From Phoronis australis (Eukaryota > Animalia > Phoronida): a stretch of 64,000 nt of DNA. Position 1 is the stretch's first letter. Each line of letters starts with the position of its first letter. Below the pieces are notes generated by a model, which did no database searches, was not told the DNA's origin, and saw nothing but the letters and a program-made list of their open reading frames with translations. This document shows, piece after piece, positions 59,999 to 64,000 of the stretch. The stretch is from assembly GCA_002633005.1 (NCBI GenBank), contig NMRA01000494.1:144187-208186 (forward strand), read 5' to 3'. The position numbers were made by a program, and so were the translations under genes.

Positions 59999-62900
59999 GG
60001 GTACGTTATATATAATCGCATTACCCAAGAAAACAACTGATGGATTAGCGAACGCACACAGACTATGTCTTGGCTAATATCAAAACAATTTCCGTGCCCA
60101 AATATGTCGTACTGTTGAGGAGCAAAGGATGTCGGAAAGCCACCATTTTTGGCGTTCATTTGAATATTTTGATTTTGAGAAAATTTGTCATTGAATTCTG
60201 AGAACTGCTTTCAGCGTTTGGACATAATTGAAATATTTTCCACATCCTTTGTAAGATGTCCCTCAAAATGTTTGGTTGTGGAAATCAATAACCTTTTCTG
60301 ATACATGTTATGTATGTTGACTACAGGCTATTGGTCGAGGTAGTAGCACGTCTATATGTATCTGTAGTGGGTGACGAGGCCCAGCTCAATAATAGGTTTC
60401 CAGCTAAAGAGGGACAAAATAGTTTGTTACCATTAGAGGTCGCTGCATGGAAAGTCTACACTGGTTTCATGCTTGAACCAACTTGGTCAGAATCGTTGCA
60501 CTGTATTGAATGATTGCACGTTTCGGCTGCAAGCATGGACGAAGTCCACGTCTAACTATAGCAATAAATTTCGGTTGCAAGAACGTCAAAAACAAAGAAA
60601 GGGTGTGACGAATAGTCACATTGCACTTGCTTTAAGTGTGGGTTATGGCACAAGGGTGTCAAAATAATGTGTTAGATAATATTACCGACTTTACACCATT
60701 CTTCCAGTTTTATGTTATCCAAGTTAACACTGCAGTAGTCCAAACATGTTGCCACGAAAATAAACTGAAAGAAACAAGATTATACAGTAGAATTCAATTA
60801 AAATCGAATATCTAGTCCACCTTTTGATATCACTGCATTATGTCAGACATTAACACTACGAGTTATGTTTTGTAACTAACAGACTTTGCAAGTCTGTTGG
60901 TGCTCTTACCAAAATTTCAGTGCAATGAATATTTAGAACAAACGTCAAAACACCAATCATTCTTTCACGCTTCATACAATGTTTATGCTACATCTATACA
61001 GTGGATGAACAAATCTACTGAAACATATTTGACGTTAGTGCCCAAACTGGGACACGTTGTTGAAACACAAGCGGTACTGTGCTTGCAGGCACTATGACCA
61101 ACTTACCGACAAGTACGTGTATGGCTGAGTGAAGACTTCTATCGAACTTTTCGTCCAGTTATATCCATGGCCGGCAGCTTTGTTCAGAAGTATCGTTTCT
61201 GTCCTTTCTCCAAAAGCAACTCGCTCAACCTTATAGACGACCATACTACCTGTCGATTAGAAACCTCATCTTCATTTTTCACGTGCAAACCAAAGCTCTA
61301 AATGCTTTATGAAATTCTATGCAGGGTGATTAGATGTACTTAGCAACGTACCTGTAATTACTTTACATCACGTGGCATGTGGGACTGTGCAAGGCGAAAT
61401 GACCTACTACGATTTTTGGAACAAACTAATGCGGTTCAATCTTCTATCAAGGAAACTTTACTAGAAAAATTGTATTATGGCTGTAATTAAGTTGATATTG
61501 GTTATTCATCTTAACCTTTTCCTGCTTCCGTTTCTCATCTGCAATTAGAGTCACACAATTTACGTCAACTGGTGAACCGCAGTCGTTAGAGACACGTGAA
61601 CAACTGTTCCCTACGCGTGAAGTCATTGAAATGGTGCCTTGTATATCGATCTTTGCAACAAAACAAAAACTTTTTGGCCAGTCCGCTGCGTAGTCCTTGA
61701 ACAGATGAAATTGACACCAAAACAAAAAATACTGCGTCGTGCTCCTGAGAGTAGAGTAGTTACCCACCAGGAGACATTCAGCTAAAGAACTTATTTTTGA
61801 AGTTGTTTTGCCAATGGCTTTTGCAGTGCGGCAAAGTGACTTTTATCAGTTCCCGGATACTCAGTGGCAGTTGTGATCGGGCAGTAAAACTGAAACTTGG
61901 GTGAGTAAAGCACTGCTTAGAGTTTGAACATTGTGTTTGTTGTGATGAAGTATCAACATGCGTGAATTGAAGTATCAACATTCGTCGATTTTTTACCTAC
62001 TTCTAATTTTTTAACGCTTTGCGTCAACAGTATTTTCGTTCAGGCTATGACGAAAACACATTTTAAAGAAGGTGTTTCTTGTAAGTTATTACATGTACCA
62101 TACCGGGTTACTTAGCTCAACTTTGCTGCACATGTACATTCGCAATGAGACAGTGCACGTACGTGTAATGCTGGCTGCGGTAAATGCGACGTACATGTAG
62201 TCACCATTTCAACTTACATAAAGTGTCTATTAAATTCAACGCTTCATATGCAAAGAAACATTTGGACAATTAGACAACCAAATTTGTATAACAAGAGTAA
62301 GGAATGTGAATCTGACTTCAGTTCTAGTAGTTTCAATAGGTTTCCAATGGTAAGGTGTCTGTCATACAGGAATCTTTCCTGAGCTGGTGAACAAGGAACT
62401 CAGGTCTTGACAAGAATCGTCGATGATTTTCGGAATCCGATGCCAAGATACAAAGTTGTGACCAAACAGTTCTTTAATTTCACAGCAAAAAGATGAAATG
62501 TTATAACGCGGTAGGAATTTTTCGATGATTAACTGGAATAACGCTTGCAATGACGGCTTGAGACCACAAGAAACCGTAGCCCGTCAATACCTACACGTAC
62601 ATGTATGACTCGCATGATCTCAATAACAAACTTGACACACTTGGGAAGTTTATTTCGAGTCAACTCTGACGCGTTTCGATGATTCGTAACGTGCCAGAAA
62701 AGAACCGCCAGAAGGTGACGCTAGGGGCGTTCCATAAATACCCCCATTCCGTGACGTAAAAGACTCGCGGAATGACTTGGTGTGGTCTTTTGTCATCTCG
62801 TTAGCTTCGCAACATTATTATTCTACGGAACGCACTCCACGCTATAAAAATCAAGCGTTACTAATGCCTTGTGACCAGTAAGTTTCCTTTAGTTATACGT

Positions 62901-63153
62901 CTGTGTTGGCAATGAATATAATTACCATTCCCTGAAATGGAGTGCTTCAAATTCAGTGTGTAACAGCTCCGAGTCGGATGAAACTCTTTAGTAGTCAATG
63001 ATCCTGTCCCGTTTCTCGAGTAATAATACCGCCTTTGATAAAAGGATGCATGTTGTCCGCCATTACTGTGTCGTATAGTCCATCTAAAGTCGTAGGTTAA
63101 GGCCGTTTGTTTCAATGCACAGAAACTCTTCTCGAAATCACATGCTACAGGAT
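57267..63153 (-). CDS. Internal exons of an extracellular MAM, Ser/Thr-rich mucin linker and CUB domain protein; 5' end not identified, probably beyond the right edge
   Basis: Exons 63153-62926 (DPVACDFEKSFCALKQ...YDFRW...SLTT...CYTL), 61249-61107 (GSMVVY...GHGYNWTKSSIEV), 60764-60686 (FIFVA...VNLDNIKLEEWC), 59170-58979 (S/T/P-rich), 58298-58076 (RCS...TSPGY...YGTNLSCEW...LRLKFTHFDL...CSDMVDVY) and 57438-57267 (RLCG...IRIVFTTD...SGFQA). All GT-AG, phases 1,0,1,1,2 compatible. Confidence 0.82.
57955..58030. repeat. (TA)n microsatellite
   Basis: Read directly from the sequence. Confidence 0.95.
59961..59995. repeat. (TA)n microsatellite
   Basis: Read directly from the sequence. Confidence 0.95.
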
Positions 63154-64000
63154 CTGCAAAAAGGTCGATACCTCAGATACATGCGTATAAAGCAAATATT
63201 ATTCTTCACAGAGTGATGTACCCGATTTCGGAATATTAAGTAGTCACACGGTGATTGGGGATACATCATGTACTGTCGTTATTCAATTCCATTGTGAGAT
63301 GGTTCTCGACTCTCAGTAAAAATCCTATACCACGGTTGGTAGACTGATTCGTTTTTTTTGTGGCGAGAATTAATTCACTACAAAGAGTCTTTCGCAAAAA
63401 GATATTTTAAGCTTGGTATAGATTCCACGCACTGTGATGCTCAATTTCGACGTTATTTATTTTTGAAGGGTGATTCGTCAACAGATCTGTGTACCATCAA
63501 AACTGCATTTGAGTACATTGGACACACTAAAGGTGCAGAATTTTCGGAACAGTTTCAGATTTCTGCGTTTATACCAAGCATCGAAAACTCGAACTATCCA
63601 ACATCTTAGTTGGAGGACTACACTTAACTTAAATAATTAGTTTAATGTATGCCGCAATGGCAATACATGTACTGTACCTGCATGTATGGCGAACTACTTG
63701 TTCCCGCCTGCTTCAAAATTTGTGTACCTTTTCTAAACTAAAAGCAAATCTTCAAAGGTGTTCATGAATCTCCACTGGAGAATTCTTTGCGCCAGAAGAC
63801 ATGTTCTTAACCATTCACGAGAGCTTGCAATAATTCTTTATTGCAAGCGTTTGTAAACAAGTACCACCTTAATTCCTGTCAAAAACCCTCGCCTGTTGCA
63901 TAACAAACTGTTTGGTCTGTAAGTTTATGCATGCCACAGACCACAGGCATTCCACTTAAACGTTGTATTCTTCTTACCAACACATGTTACTGGCGTTCCA

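Overview
AT-rich, repeat-dense eukaryotic DNA. The repeat spectrum suggests a marine invertebrate, possibly a mollusc or other lophotrochozoan (inference). The main feature is a minus-strand gene that I reassembled by hand from 11 phase-compatible GT-AG exons (33395 to 1250, 1427 nt, about 475 codons, no internal stops, probably continuing off the left edge). It encodes a non-RD RIPK-like (TKL) kinase with intact catalytic motifs, a short linker and tandem death-effector-domain (DED)-like modules, an architecture absent from the vertebrate RIPK set. Its introns hold a Gypsy remnant, several MITEs, a Helentron-like tandem array and three copies of a ~5.1-kb TA-flanked TIR element; these copies form a multi-kb inverted repeat around exons 4-8. 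The middle of the window is a transposon graveyard. It includes a 5'-inverted Penelope fragment ending in a tRNA-like head plus hammerhead core, an RTE-X-like fragment, an L1/Tx1 LINE interrupted by two TTAA-flanked Kolobok elements (one with THAP and P2X7-ballast-like KolX remnants), and two CryptonV-like palindromic elements carrying a tRNA-like sequence. The right end holds internal exons of a minus-strand MAM-mucin-CUB extracellular protein gene. All domain calls come from motif recognition by eye; no searches were run.
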